From NCBI GenBank assembly GCA_963826185.1, contig CAWGVY010000005.1, positions 142,391 through 206,390 on the forward strand: a DNA stretch of 64,000 nucleotides, in the 5' to 3' direction. How positions within the stretch are numbered: position 1 is the first letter of the stretch; each line of letters starts with the position of its first letter. A program made the translations under genes and the position numbers. Below are positions 21,532 through 30,624 of the stretch, piece by piece. Origin of the DNA: an uncultured Actinomycetes bacterium (GTDB lineage: Bacteria > Actinomycetota > UBA4738 > HRBIN12). The notes beneath the pieces were generated by a model that worked only from the letters and a program-made list of their open reading frames with translations, was not told the DNA's origin and did no database searches.

Positions 21532-22830
21532 TCAGACCTGGTCCAGGTAGCGCGCCCTCTCCCAGTCCGTGACGGTGTTGCGGAAGGCGGCTTCCTCCCG
21601 GCGCCCGTTCACGGCGTAGGTCTCCACGAAGACCTGGCCCACCAGATCCTTGCCGAAGGCGCTCCCCTCCAAGCGGGTGATCGCCTCCGTGAGCGTGGTC
21701 GGGAACCGTTCGAGCGTGGGGTCCTGGTAGGCGTCGCCCTCGATCGGCTCGGGTGCGGACAGCGATCGGGCGATGCCATCGCTGCCTGCCGCGATCGCAC
21801 CGGCCGAGATCAGGTACGGGTTGGCGTCCGACGATGCCATGCGGATCTCGAGTCGCCGGGAGTCCGCTTCGCCGGCCGGGATCCGTATCGCCGCCGTGCG
21901 GTTGTCGAGCGCCCACGACAAGCGGTTGGGGGCGAACGTGTAGTCCTTCAGACGCTTGTAGGCGTTCACCGTCGGCAGGTTGATCGCCGTGAGATCCATG
22001 GCGTGTTCGAGCACCCCCGCGACGAACGATCCGAACAGGTCGTCTCGTGTCGCGAACAGGTTCTGATCGCCGCCCACCGCCCGCAGGCTCAGGTGCAGGT
22101 GATGACCGCTGCCGTCCGCACCGTCGAAAGGCACCGGCATGAACGTCGCCTTCAATCCGTGCCGCTGCGCCACCAGCTTCGTCACGTATCTCAGGATGGT
22201 TGCGTTGTCGGCATTCTCGATGGGCGATGACGGTGAGATATTGATCTCCATCTGGCCGAACCCGCCCTCGGTCTGACTCGATTCCACCGGCACGCCCGCG
22301 CCCAACAACGAGGAACGGATCTCCCCGATCACAGGCTCGTATTCGGCGCCGCGCGTCATCGACCAGCAGCGGTGATCCCGGTCGATAGGCTCCCCGTCCT
22401 CCGTCAACAGGTAGAACTCGAGCTCGGAGGCGATCCACGCCGCGTAGCCGAGTTCCTCGAGCCTGTCCGCGTGCCGTCGAAGGATCCCGCGCGTGGCGAG
22501 CGGGTGCGGTGCGCCGCCGGGCTCCTCGAACGCATCCATCATGCAGAACGCCGCTGCCGGCGCCCAAGGGGCGGGCCGCAACGTGTGGAGATCGGGTGCC
22601 ACATGCATGTTGGGGAAGCCCGTGTCGGCGCTCGCGTACGGGGTCGCCTCGATCTGGCCGATCGGGTTCCACGTGAACGCGGCGTTGGGCATACTGAGCC
22701 CCCGCTCCGCGGCGCGCAGGAACACGTCTTTCGGCATCCGCCGGCCCACCAAGGTCCCCCAGGTGTCCGGGAAGCAGCATTCGACCGTTTCGATCGAGCT
22801 CAGCGTTCGCTCGATGTCGTCTCTGCCCAC
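21532..22830 (-). CDS. glutamine synthetase family protein (gamma-glutamyl-polyamine/amine synthetase-like, GlnA3/PuuA type)
   Basis: GS catalytic-domain pattern (NISPSSP..., GSGHHLHLSL, RIPAGEADSRRLEIRMASSDANPYL). Start moved to the GTG at 22830, 6 nt after AAGGAG. Confidence 0.8.
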   Translation of the reverse strand: MGRDDIERTLSSIETVECCFPDTWGTLVGRRMPKDVFLRAAERGLSMPNAAFTWNPIGQIEATPYASADTGFPNMHVAPDLHTLRPAPWAPAAAFCMMDAFEEPGGAPHPLATRGILRRHADRLEELGYAAWIASELEFYLLTEDGEPIDRDHRCWSMTRGAEYEPVIGEIRSSLLGAGVPVESSQTEGGFGQMEINISPSSPIENADNATILRYVTKLVAQRHGLKATFMPVPFDGADGSGHHLHLSLRAVGGDQNLFATRDDLFGSFVAGVLEHAMDLTAINLPTVNAYKRLKDYTFAPNRLSWALDNRTAAIRIPAGEADSRRLEIRMASSDANPYLISAGAIAAGSDGIARSLSAPEPIEGDAYQDPTLERFPTTLTEAITRLEGSAFGKDLVGQVFVETYAVNGRREEAAFRNTVTDWERARYLDQV

Positions 22831-22899
22831 GCGAAGCTCCTTTCCCGCGGCGGTCGGAGGATATACCCGTGGGCAGGCCCGCCACGAAGCGCTGATATC

Positions 22900-22919
22900 A
22901 TCTGGTCTGCTCACCATAT
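22900..22919. promoter_or_regulatory. AT-rich dyad ATCTGGT-N6-ACCATAT in the divergent GS-like / SDR promoter region
   Basis: Read directly: 6/7 complementary arms. It shares the octamer CTGGTCTG with the 21444..21451 site. The TGGT...ACCA core resembles FadR-subfamily GntR operators. Confidence 0.35.
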
Positions 22920-22943
22920 ATCTACGACCCAGGGGCGGGGACC

Positions 22944-23687
22944 ATGCGGAACGAAGCGGTCGAAGGGGTTGTGGGCAAGGCGGGCATCGTGACGGGAGCC
23001 GGCCGCGGGATCGGCCAGGGGTGTGCTGCCGAGCTGGCCTCCCACGGCGCCAGTGTGATGCTGGCCGATCTGAACGAGGATCGACTCGCCGAGACCGCGG
23101 CCAGCATCGAGAGTGCTGGCGGAACCGCCGCCACCCAGGTGTGCGACGTCCGGGAGTGGGCGAGCGTGGAGCACCTCGCCCGCGCCTGCATCGACACCTT
23201 CGGACAGATCGACTTCGTGGTAGCCAACGCGGGCATAGGCAGCTACAGCGCCATCGACACGGGCGACCCGGAGTCCTGGAAGAGGGTCGTGGAGACCAAC
23301 TTCCTGGGCGTGTTGCACACGGTCCGAGCCACCTACCCCCGTATGAAGGAACGGGGCGCCGGGCACATCGTGCTCATGGCATCGATCGCGGGCCGCCAGA
23401 CGTGGGTGGGGGAGCCGGTCTACATCGCCACCAAGTGGGGTGTGGTGGGGTTCGGTTGGGCGCTGCGGAAGGAGGCGATGCCCCACAACGTGCGCGTGAC
23501 GATGATCGAGCCCGGCATGGTGGACACGCCGCTCCTCCTGGAGACCCCGGAGGGCCGCAGCGAACTCGAACGGTTCGCCGCGTTGTCGATCGACGACGTG
23601 GCGCGCGCTGTTTCCTACGCGCTCTCCCAGCCCGAAGGGGTCGCCGTCACCGAACTGATGATCACGCCGGTCGGTCCCGAACTGTAG
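22944..23687 (+). CDS. short-chain dehydrogenase/reductase (SDR)
   Basis: VTGAGRGIGQG cofactor motif and YIATKWG (YxxxK) catalytic motif. Confidence 0.9.
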   Translation: MRNEAVEGVVGKAGIVTGAGRGIGQGCAAELASHGASVMLADLNEDRLAETAASIESAGGTAATQVCDVREWASVEHLARACIDTFGQIDFVVANAGIGSYSAIDTGDPESWKRVVETNFLGVLHTVRATYPRMKERGAGHIVLMASIAGRQTWVGEPVYIATKWGVVGFGWALRKEAMPHNVRVTMIEPGMVDTPLLLETPEGRSELERFAALSIDDVARAVSYALSQPEGVAVTELMITPVGPEL

Positions 23688-23699
23688 GCGGGGTCGTCG

Positions 23700-24830
23700 A
23701 TGACCTCGACCCAGCCGTGCCGCCAGCATCGCGGCTCACCGGAGGGCGATCAGGACGTGGTCGGCAGGTCGCTCGACGAGGTGACGACCCCGGCCTTGGT
23801 GCTCGATCTCGAGATGGCTCGCCGGAACGTCGACGCGATGGCGACGCGGATCGCCGGACTGCCGGCCGGGCTACGTCCTCACATCAAGGCCCACAAGAGC
23901 GCGGAGATCGCACGGATGCAGATCGAGGCGGGTGCGCTCGGTGTGACGACGGCAACCGCGGCCGAGGCGGTCGCGATGGCCGAGGCGGGCGTGGCCGATG
24001 TCTTGGTGGCGAACCAGGTCGTCTCTATCCCCGCGATGACCCGGCTCGCGAGCGCTGCGGGCATGGCGCGGATCCATGTCGCGGTCGACGACGCGGGCAA
24101 CCTCGCGGAGCTGGGCCGGGCGGCCTCGGCGGCCGGGGTCGAACTGGGGGTCCTGGTCGAGCTGGACGTGGGGCTGGGGCGCGGCGGGGTGCGGACCGTG
24201 GATGAGGTCGCCCCCTTGGCGGATCGCGTGTCGGGGACGCCCGGTGTGAGTTTCGACGGGGTCTACGGCTACGAGGGCCATTGCGCGAGCGAGCCCGATC
24301 CCGTGCTACGAGCGACCGAGGTGGCGCGGAGCATGGAGCTCCTCGCGGCAGCCGCGCGCAGCTGTCGAGACGCGGGCTTCGACGTGAGGGTCGTGTCGGC
24401 CGGCGCGACGGGCACGTTCGAGCTGACCGGTGCTGCTCCGGAGGTGACCGAGGTCCAGGCGGGGTCCTACGTGTTGATGGATCGATTCCACGCGGGGTTG
24501 GTCGAGGGGTTCGGATCCGCGCTCACGGTGATGGCCACGGTGATCGGTCGCCACGACGATCTGGTCGTGCTGGACGCGGGGCGCAAATCGGTCGATGTGG
24601 GACTTCGACCGCTCGAGTCGCCCGATCCGCGGGCTGTGGTCGAGTTCGTCCATGAGGAGCACGTCGGCTTGCGGTTCGACGGGGAGCCCCCGTACGCCTT
24701 CGGCGAGCGGGTCCGGATCGTCCCCGGCTATGCACCGACCACCGTCAACCTGTTCGGGACCTACGTCGTGGTCGAGGGGGACCGGGTGGTCGACGTGTGG
24801 AAGGTGCTCGCCCGGCATGGGACCCCGTGA
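23700..24830 (+). CDS. PLP enzyme of the D-threonine aldolase / D-serine dehydratase (DSD1, alanine-racemase-N fold) family
   Basis: PALVLDL...RPHIKAHKS (PLP-lysine context), then C-terminal VRIVPGYAPTTVNL. Confidence 0.75.
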   Translation: MTSTQPCRQHRGSPEGDQDVVGRSLDEVTTPALVLDLEMARRNVDAMATRIAGLPAGLRPHIKAHKSAEIARMQIEAGALGVTTATAAEAVAMAEAGVADVLVANQVVSIPAMTRLASAAGMARIHVAVDDAGNLAELGRAASAAGVELGVLVELDVGLGRGGVRTVDEVAPLADRVSGTPGVSFDGVYGYEGHCASEPDPVLRATEVARSMELLAAAARSCRDAGFDVRVVSAGATGTFELTGAAPEVTEVQAGSYVLMDRFHAGLVEGFGSALTVMATVIGRHDDLVVLDAGRKSVDVGLRPLESPDPRAVVEFVHEEHVGLRFDGEPPYAFGERVRIVPGYAPTTVNLFGTYVVVEGDRVVDVWKVLARHGTP

Positions 24831-26479
24831 GGGCCGGCCCGCTCACCGCCGAACATCGCCGTGCGGCACTCTCCGATGTCCGGTGGGGGGACCTGGAGCT
24901 CGCCTCGTCCATCTTCGTCACCGTCCGCGATGAGGGGTGGGGCAGCTTGCGTCCGAGCGTCCGCAGGGTCGCTCTCCACGACCGATCCGATCGATTCGAG
25001 CTCCGGCTCGAGGCCACCCACGGGGACGACGCGTTCGCTTGGCGCGCGATCGTCAGCGGCGGGCGCGACGGGACCCTGGTGTTCGACATGGAAGGCGAGG
25101 CGCTCCGTGAGTTCGTGTACCGACGGATCGGGATCTGCGTGCTGCACCCGTGGGCGACATACGTGGGTGCGTCGTACGAGGCCGATGGGTTGGGCGACCG
25201 TGTGAGCGGAACGTTGCCCCGGGACATCGCGCCACAGCCGCTCGTGGGCGGCCACTACCAGCCGTTGATCCCGGCGTTCAGGCAGCTCCGGATCGCCTTC
25301 CCGGGATCAGCACGCGCGTCGTTCTCCTTCGAGGGCGAGGACCACGGGTACGAGCTGGAGGACCAGCGGAACTGGACCGACGCCTCGTTCAAGACCTATC
25401 CCACCCCGCTGGCCGACTCATCGGCCCGGACGATGCGCGAAGGTGAGCGCCGATGGCAGCGGCTCACGGTTCGGGTCGAGGGGCCGACGGACCAGACACA
25501 GCGTTCGGAAGGCCCGACCGTGCTGACGGTGGGTGCGGGAAGCGAGCGGGAGTTGCCCTCGATCGGGCTGACCGTCCCTTCCGTGCCCGTCGAGCCCGAA
25601 TGGATCCGCTCGTTGGCGCCGGCCCATCTCCGGGTGACCGTTCGCCCCTCGGTGGACGAGGAGGTCCTCCACCCCGCCGCATCGCTGGCGCGGTTGGCCG
25701 AGGTGCCGCTCGAGGTCTGCTTGTTGGTCGAGGACCCCCACCCTGCGCTCGCGACGATCGCCTCCGTGCTCGCCGATGCTCCGGTTGTGCGCGTGTTGGT
25801 CCTGTCCCGTAGCGGGGAGAGCACCGGCGGCCCGTTCGTGTCCAGGTTCAGGGGCGCGCTGCATGGGGGATCTGCCGTGCTCGTCGGCGGCACCTGCTCC
25901 CACTTCTCAGAGCTGAACCGCGCCGTGCCGGACTTGGCGGGCCTGGACGGGATCGCCCTGGCGATGAGCCCGGCGGTGCACGACGACGACGAGCGCGCGA
26001 TGGTGGAGACGCTCGAGGTCCAGACGCAGGTCGTGCGGCGGGTGCGCGCGCTCTGCGGGGGCCTTCCCGTGACGGTGTCCCCGGTCACCCTGGCGGTCCA
26101 CGGTTCAACGGGCGACGAGCAGGTGGACCCTCGGGTCAAGTCGCCGTTCGGGAACGCGTGGACCGTCGGTTCGGTCTCGGCGCTCGCCGACGGCGGGGCC
26201 CGGTCGGTCACGTTGCACGAGGCGCTGGATTGGACGATCCTGGGCGCGGATCCGCTCATCCGCGCTGTCCGGCTCCTGACCGCGCGTGGGGGGCGTCGCC
26301 TCCTAGACGTGGGCTCGAGCGAACCTCGGCGGGTGCGCGCTATCGCGACCGAGGGAGCCCCACCCGTCCTGGTCAATCTCACCCCGGATGAACAGCGTGT
26401 CGTGGTGCAGGCGCAGGATCGTACGGAGGCGGCGCTGGCGCCCTACGAGGTCGCGCTGCTCGACGGTAGATCGCGGTAG
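24797..26479 (+). CDS. conserved hypothetical protein (560 aa), function unknown
   Basis: Long intact ORF with coding-like third-position GC. An alternative GTG start at 24827 overlaps the upstream stop (GTGA). Striking segment YELEDQRNWTDASFKTYPTP. I cannot name the family. Confidence 0.65.
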   Translation: MEGARPAWDPVRAGPLTAEHRRAALSDVRWGDLELASSIFVTVRDEGWGSLRPSVRRVALHDRSDRFELRLEATHGDDAFAWRAIVSGGRDGTLVFDMEGEALREFVYRRIGICVLHPWATYVGASYEADGLGDRVSGTLPRDIAPQPLVGGHYQPLIPAFRQLRIAFPGSARASFSFEGEDHGYELEDQRNWTDASFKTYPTPLADSSARTMREGERRWQRLTVRVEGPTDQTQRSEGPTVLTVGAGSERELPSIGLTVPSVPVEPEWIRSLAPAHLRVTVRPSVDEEVLHPAASLARLAEVPLEVCLLVEDPHPALATIASVLADAPVVRVLVLSRSGESTGGPFVSRFRGALHGGSAVLVGGTCSHFSELNRAVPDLAGLDGIALAMSPAVHDDDERAMVETLEVQTQVVRRVRALCGGLPVTVSPVTLAVHGSTGDEQVDPRVKSPFGNAWTVGSVSALADGGARSVTLHEALDWTILGADPLIRAVRLLTARGGRRLLDVGSSEPRRVRAIATEGAPPVLVNLTPDEQRVVVQAQDRTEAALAPYEVALLDGRSR

Positions 26480-27150
26480 TGGGGTTCCACGGACGTGACA
26501 TGCTCGAGCATGCGGAGCCGAGCGAGCTCCCCGTCACCCGAAGCGATCGCGTCGCGGATCTTCGAGTGCTGTTCCAGTTCCCACGCCGCGAAGCCTTCCG
26601 TGGTCTGGTAGAGCTGCGGTCCGAGCTCGAAGGCGAGCCGGAAGAACGGTCGAACCACGTTGGCCAGGACGCGATTGTGGGCGGCGTCCGCGACCACCAG
26701 ATGGAACTTGGACGCCTCCACGACGGGTCGCTCGAACTCGTCGAGACGGGCACGGTGTTGGTCCAGGACCTCCTTCATCGCGGCGAGGTCCTCCTTCGTG
26801 CGGCGCTCCGCTGCGAGCCGAGCCAGTTCGACCTCGATGAAGCGGCGGGCCTCCAAGAGCTCCGGCGTGATGACCTTGGACTCCTCCGCGGGATCGTGCG
26901 GGATCGGCGGAGGCTCGGCGACGAACACGCCCTGTCCGTGGCGGATCTCGATCACGCCGATCATCGCGAGTCCGTTCAGCGCCTCGCGGACGGTCGACCT
27001 CCCGCATCCCAACTGCTGGGTCAGCTCTCGCTCGGACGGGAGCCGCGTCCCCGGCGGCAGGTCCTGCACGGCCGCCAGGATCTGTTGGGCAACGGTCTCG
27101 GCCAGCTTCTGACGTGGCGCCTGGCCGATCTTCAGGGCTCGTTCGTCCAC
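26443..27150 (-). CDS. GntR-family (FadR/FCD subfamily) transcriptional regulator
   Basis: Winged HTH LPSERELTQQLGCGRSTVREALNGL followed by an all-helical FCD-like domain. Confidence 0.9.
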   Translation of the reverse strand: MDERALKIGQAPRQKLAETVAQQILAAVQDLPPGTRLPSERELTQQLGCGRSTVREALNGLAMIGVIEIRHGQGVFVAEPPPIPHDPAEESKVITPELLEARRFIEVELARLAAERRTKEDLAAMKEVLDQHRARLDEFERPVVEASKFHLVVADAAHNRVLANVVRPFFRLAFELGPQLYQTTEGFAAWELEQHSKIRDAIASGDGELARLRMLEHVTSVEPHYRDLPSSSATS

Positions 27151-27167
27151 GTGGCGAGTCTAGCCTC

Positions 27168-27635
27168 TCACTCCGTCGACCCCGGTCCGGCCCGCTCGAT
27201 CAGCTCGATCTGGACCCCGTCGGGATCGAAGATGTACGCGCCCTTACCTCCCGCGTACGCCCCCTTCTCCATGGCGACCGGCTCGTCCGTCCGCGAGCGC
27301 ACGCCGGCGTCTCGCAGCTCGGCGAGGGTGGCGTCCAGATCGTCGACGAGCAACGAGAGGTGGGATCGCCCCGGCTCGTTCTCCGCTCCCGGCGGCACGG
27401 GCATGCCCGTCGGGCGGTGGTACTGCATGATCTCGACGGTTCCCCCGCCGGGGATCTTGAGCTCGGCCCATTCGATCTTCGTGTCGTCCAGGGCCACGAG
27501 TCGATCGATGTGCTCCCACTCGATCACGCCGCGCCCCACCTCTTCCAGGCCCAGCAGGTCCCGCCAGAACCCCAGAGAGCGCTCGATGTCGCTGACCGTC
27601 GCTCCGAAGTGATCGATCCCGGTGACGCTCGCCAT
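27168..27635 (-). CDS. VOC/glyoxalase family protein
   Basis: MASVTGIDHFGATVSDIERSLGFWRDLLGL...GRSHLSLLVDD...YIFDPDGVQIELIE. ATG at 27635 follows GGAGGG. Sits 17 nt upstream of the GntR gene. Confidence 0.8.
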   Translation of the reverse strand: MASVTGIDHFGATVSDIERSLGFWRDLLGLEEVGRGVIEWEHIDRLVALDDTKIEWAELKIPGGGTVEIMQYHRPTGMPVPPGAENEPGRSHLSLLVDDLDATLAELRDAGVRSRTDEPVAMEKGAYAGGKGAYIFDPDGVQIELIERAGPGSTE

Positions 27636-27658
27636 GATCCCTCCGTTGGGCAACTGTT

Positions 27659-27675
27659 CAGATAACCTGCTGACC
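27659..27675. promoter_or_regulatory. CAGATAACCTGCTGACC box in the divergent VOC-GntR / E1-alpha promoter region
   Basis: Read directly. The 13-mer CAGATAACCTGCT is identical to 31491..31503. GATAACCTGC[C/T]GACC matches 21459..21473 at 14/15 positions. Confidence 0.4.
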
Positions 27676-27700
27676 TGCGAACGATGCTACCATCCGCGCC

Positions 27701-28648
27701 ATGCGGACCGACACCTCGTCGCGCACGGCGACGTTCCAGCGGCTGGTCACGATCCGGCGGTTCGAAGAAGAGGTGCGTCGGCTGCAACTGTCGGCCACGA
27801 TCGAGGGCGCGGTGCACCTGGCGACCGGGCATGAAGCGGTGAGCGTCGGCGTGGGGTCGGCCGTGGGGCCGGGCGATTGGGTCACCTGCACGTATCGAGG
27901 CCACGGCCACGCGCTCACCCGGGGTGTCCCGCCGCGCGCGCTGATCGCGGAGATGCTGGGCAGGAGCACGGGGATCTGCGGCGGTCGCTCCGGATCCATG
28001 AACATCGTGGCCCGCGAGTATCGGCTGCTGGGGTCGTTCGGCATCATCGGCGGCAGCATCGCTGCGGCTACCGGTGCAGCGCTTTCGCTACGAGGGAAGG
28101 ACGCAGCCGCGGTGGCGTTCTTCGGGGACGGTGCGGCGAACCAGGGGTACTTCCTGGAGTGCCTGAACCTCGCCTCCGTGCTCAACCTGCCCGTGCTGTA
28201 CGTCTGCGAGAACAACCTGTACAGCGAGTACACGCGCACCGACCAGGTGACGGCGACCCCGATCGCCGAGCGGGCGCGTGCGATGGGCATACGGGCCTCC
28301 TTGGTCGACGGGATGGACGTGCGAGCGGTGGGAGAACTGGCGGAGACTTCGCTCCGAGCCGTTCGCGCCGGTGAGGGACCGATGTTCATCGAGGCGGAGA
28401 CCTACCGCTTCGTGCCCCACAGCCGCGCCGACCCGATCACCTACCAACCCGATGACGAGGTCGCAGCATGGACGGCCCGCGACCCGATCACGCAGGAGCG
28501 TGCACGGCTGATCGAGCAAGGCCTCCCGCCGGCAGACCTGGACGAAGTGGAGCGCCGGGTCGAGGAGGAGATCGAACGGGCGATCCGGGACGCCTTCGAC
28601 GATCCGTTCCCCGAGGCGGACTCGATCCTGGACGCGGAGTTCGCATGA
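27701..28648 (+). CDS. TPP-dependent 2-oxoacid (pyruvate/acetoin-type) dehydrogenase E1 alpha subunit
   Basis: TPP-binding motif GDGAANQGYFLECLNLASVLNLPVLYVCENN. Confidence 0.9.
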   Translation: MRTDTSSRTATFQRLVTIRRFEEEVRRLQLSATIEGAVHLATGHEAVSVGVGSAVGPGDWVTCTYRGHGHALTRGVPPRALIAEMLGRSTGICGGRSGSMNIVAREYRLLGSFGIIGGSIAAATGAALSLRGKDAAAVAFFGDGAANQGYFLECLNLASVLNLPVLYVCENNLYSEYTRTDQVTATPIAERARAMGIRASLVDGMDVRAVGELAETSLRAVRAGEGPMFIEAETYRFVPHSRADPITYQPDDEVAAWTARDPITQERARLIEQGLPPADLDEVERRVEEEIERAIRDAFDDPFPEADSILDAEFA

Positions 28649-29634
28649 GCGTCGCGGAGGCACACGAGGAGCAGGTGTCGATCCGGGACGCGTTGCACGC
28701 AGCCTTGATCGACGAGCTCTCCTCCGATCCTTCGGTGATCGTGCTGGGTGAAGACGTCGCGGCGCCGGGTGGCGTCTTCCAGGTGACGCGCGGACTCCTG
28801 GAGCGCTTCGGTCCCGAACGGGTGATCGACACGCCCATCTCGGAGATGGCGCTCGCGGGCGCCGGCTTCGGTGCGGCGATCACGGGTTCGCGCCCGGTGG
28901 TCGAGATCATGTTCGCGGATTTCGTGCCGTTGGCGATGGACTCGGTGATCAACCAGGCGGCGAAGTACGCGTTCGTATCGGGCGGGCAGGGGAGCGTGCC
29001 CATGGTGATGCGCTGCGCCGTGGGTGGCGGCGCCAGGATGGGCGCGATGCACTCGCAGATGCCCGTCTCGTGGTTGCTCGGCGTCCCGGGCCTCAAGATC
29101 GTGGCTCCCAGCGATCCCGCATCCGCCTACGGGCTGCTGCGCGGGGCGATCCGCGACGACAACCCCGTCGTCTTCCTCGAGCACAAGATGCTCTATTCCG
29201 AGAAGGGTTCCTCCTGGGAGCCCGAACCGATGTCCCTGGGCCGGGCGTCCGTCGTGCGTCGGGGGGGCGACCTCACGATCGCCTCGGCGATGCGGACCGT
29301 GCGGGATGCTCTCGATGCCGCGGGAAGGTTGTCGGCCGATCATGGGATCGAGGCCGAGGTCGTCGATCTGCGGTCCCTGCGACCGCTCGATGTCGAGACG
29401 CTGAGCGCATCCGTCGCCACCACGAGCCGCGCCCTGGTCGTCGAGGAGGGGCCGCGGACCGGTGGCTGGGCGGGCGAGGTGATCGCGGCTCTGACCGAGG
29501 CATGCTGGGGCGAGCTGGACGAGCTGTGGAGGCTCACCTCGCCAGACGTGCCGACCCCGTTCAGCGCACCGCTCGAGGACGCCTATCTGCCGCGGAGCCA
29601 GGCCATCGTCGATTCCGTCCTGCAGCACACCTGA
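28645..29634 (+). CDS. 2-oxoacid dehydrogenase E1 beta subunit
   Basis: ATGA overlap with E1 alpha. VIVLGEDV...GGVFQVTRGL...RVIDTPISEMALAGAG...FLEHK. Confidence 0.9.
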   Translation: MSVAEAHEEQVSIRDALHAALIDELSSDPSVIVLGEDVAAPGGVFQVTRGLLERFGPERVIDTPISEMALAGAGFGAAITGSRPVVEIMFADFVPLAMDSVINQAAKYAFVSGGQGSVPMVMRCAVGGGARMGAMHSQMPVSWLLGVPGLKIVAPSDPASAYGLLRGAIRDDNPVVFLEHKMLYSEKGSSWEPEPMSLGRASVVRRGGDLTIASAMRTVRDALDAAGRLSADHGIEAEVVDLRSLRPLDVETLSASVATTSRALVVEEGPRTGGWAGEVIAALTEACWGELDELWRLTSPDVPTPFSAPLEDAYLPRSQAIVDSVLQHT

Positions 29635-29643
29635 TGAGCCAGG

Positions 29644-30624
29644 TCAGCGGCGAGCAGCGACCGCGACCAGCGCGGCCTCGACCACGGCATCGGCCGTGAG
29701 GCCGTGGGTACGCGCCACGTAGGGGTTGGATCCGAACGAGCAGAACTCATCGCGGACCCCCACGGGCTGCACCGGGACCGACATGCCATCGGCGACCAGC
29801 GACTCCGCGACGGCGGAGAACAACCCCCCCATGATCGTGTGGTTCTCCGCCGTGACGAGCGTGCCGGTCTCTCGGGCGAACGACCGGATCCCTTCGGCGT
29901 CGAACGGCTTGACGGTGGAGATCTTCAACACGGCGGCCGATACCCCGCGCTCGGCCAAGGTCGCGGCCGCGTCGAGCGACTGACGCACCATGATGCTGCT
30001 CGCCACGATGCCCACGTCGGTGCCCTCCCGCAGGAGCTGGGCCGGGCCGATCTCGAAGCGATGCCCCGCCCGGTCGACGTCCCCGGTTTCCCGTCCCAGC
30101 AGTTGGCGCAGGTACACCGGCCCTTCGTAGTCGACCGCCGCTTCGGTCGCCTCCCGCATCTCATGGTTGTCGCACGGATCCAGCACGGTCATGTTCGGCA
30201 GTGCCCGCATGTGGGCGAGGTCGTCGATCCCCTGATGGGTGGGACCGAAGGTCGAGTAGATCCCGGGCAAGGCCGCGACGATCTTGACGTTCGCGCGGTT
30301 CAGCGCGCACTGGATCGCGATGAAGTCGAGGGCCCGCCGCGTGGCGAACACCGCGAACGTCGTCGCGACGGGAACGAAGCCGGCCTTCCACAGTCCGGTC
30401 GCCACCGAGATCAGCGTCTCCTCCGCCATCCCCACGTTGACGAACCGATCCGGGAAGCGCTGGGCGAAAGGGGTGAGACCGGTGATGCCGGCCACGTCAG
30501 CGGACAGGGTCACCACGTCCGATCGTCGTTCGCCGATGGCCAGCATCGCCTGTCCGAAGGCCCCGGACTTCTCGAGGGTGATCGGGTCCACGCTCGGGTG
30601 GACGGCTGGTGCGCCGGCGCTCAT
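29644..30624 (-). CDS. transketolase, C-terminal (pyrimidine-binding) subunit
   Basis: FPDRFVNVGMAEETLISVATGL, GPTHQGIDDLAHMRALPNMTV. Start at M40 of the track ORF. ATGA overlap with the N-terminal subunit gene. Confidence 0.9.
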   Translation of the reverse strand: MSAGAPAVHPSVDPITLEKSGAFGQAMLAIGERRSDVVTLSADVAGITGLTPFAQRFPDRFVNVGMAEETLISVATGLWKAGFVPVATTFAVFATRRALDFIAIQCALNRANVKIVAALPGIYSTFGPTHQGIDDLAHMRALPNMTVLDPCDNHEMREATEAAVDYEGPVYLRQLLGRETGDVDRAGHRFEIGPAQLLREGTDVGIVASSIMVRQSLDAAATLAERGVSAAVLKISTVKPFDAEGIRSFARETGTLVTAENHTIMGGLFSAVAESLVADGMSVPVQPVGVRDEFCSFGSNPYVARTHGLTADAVVEAALVAVAARR

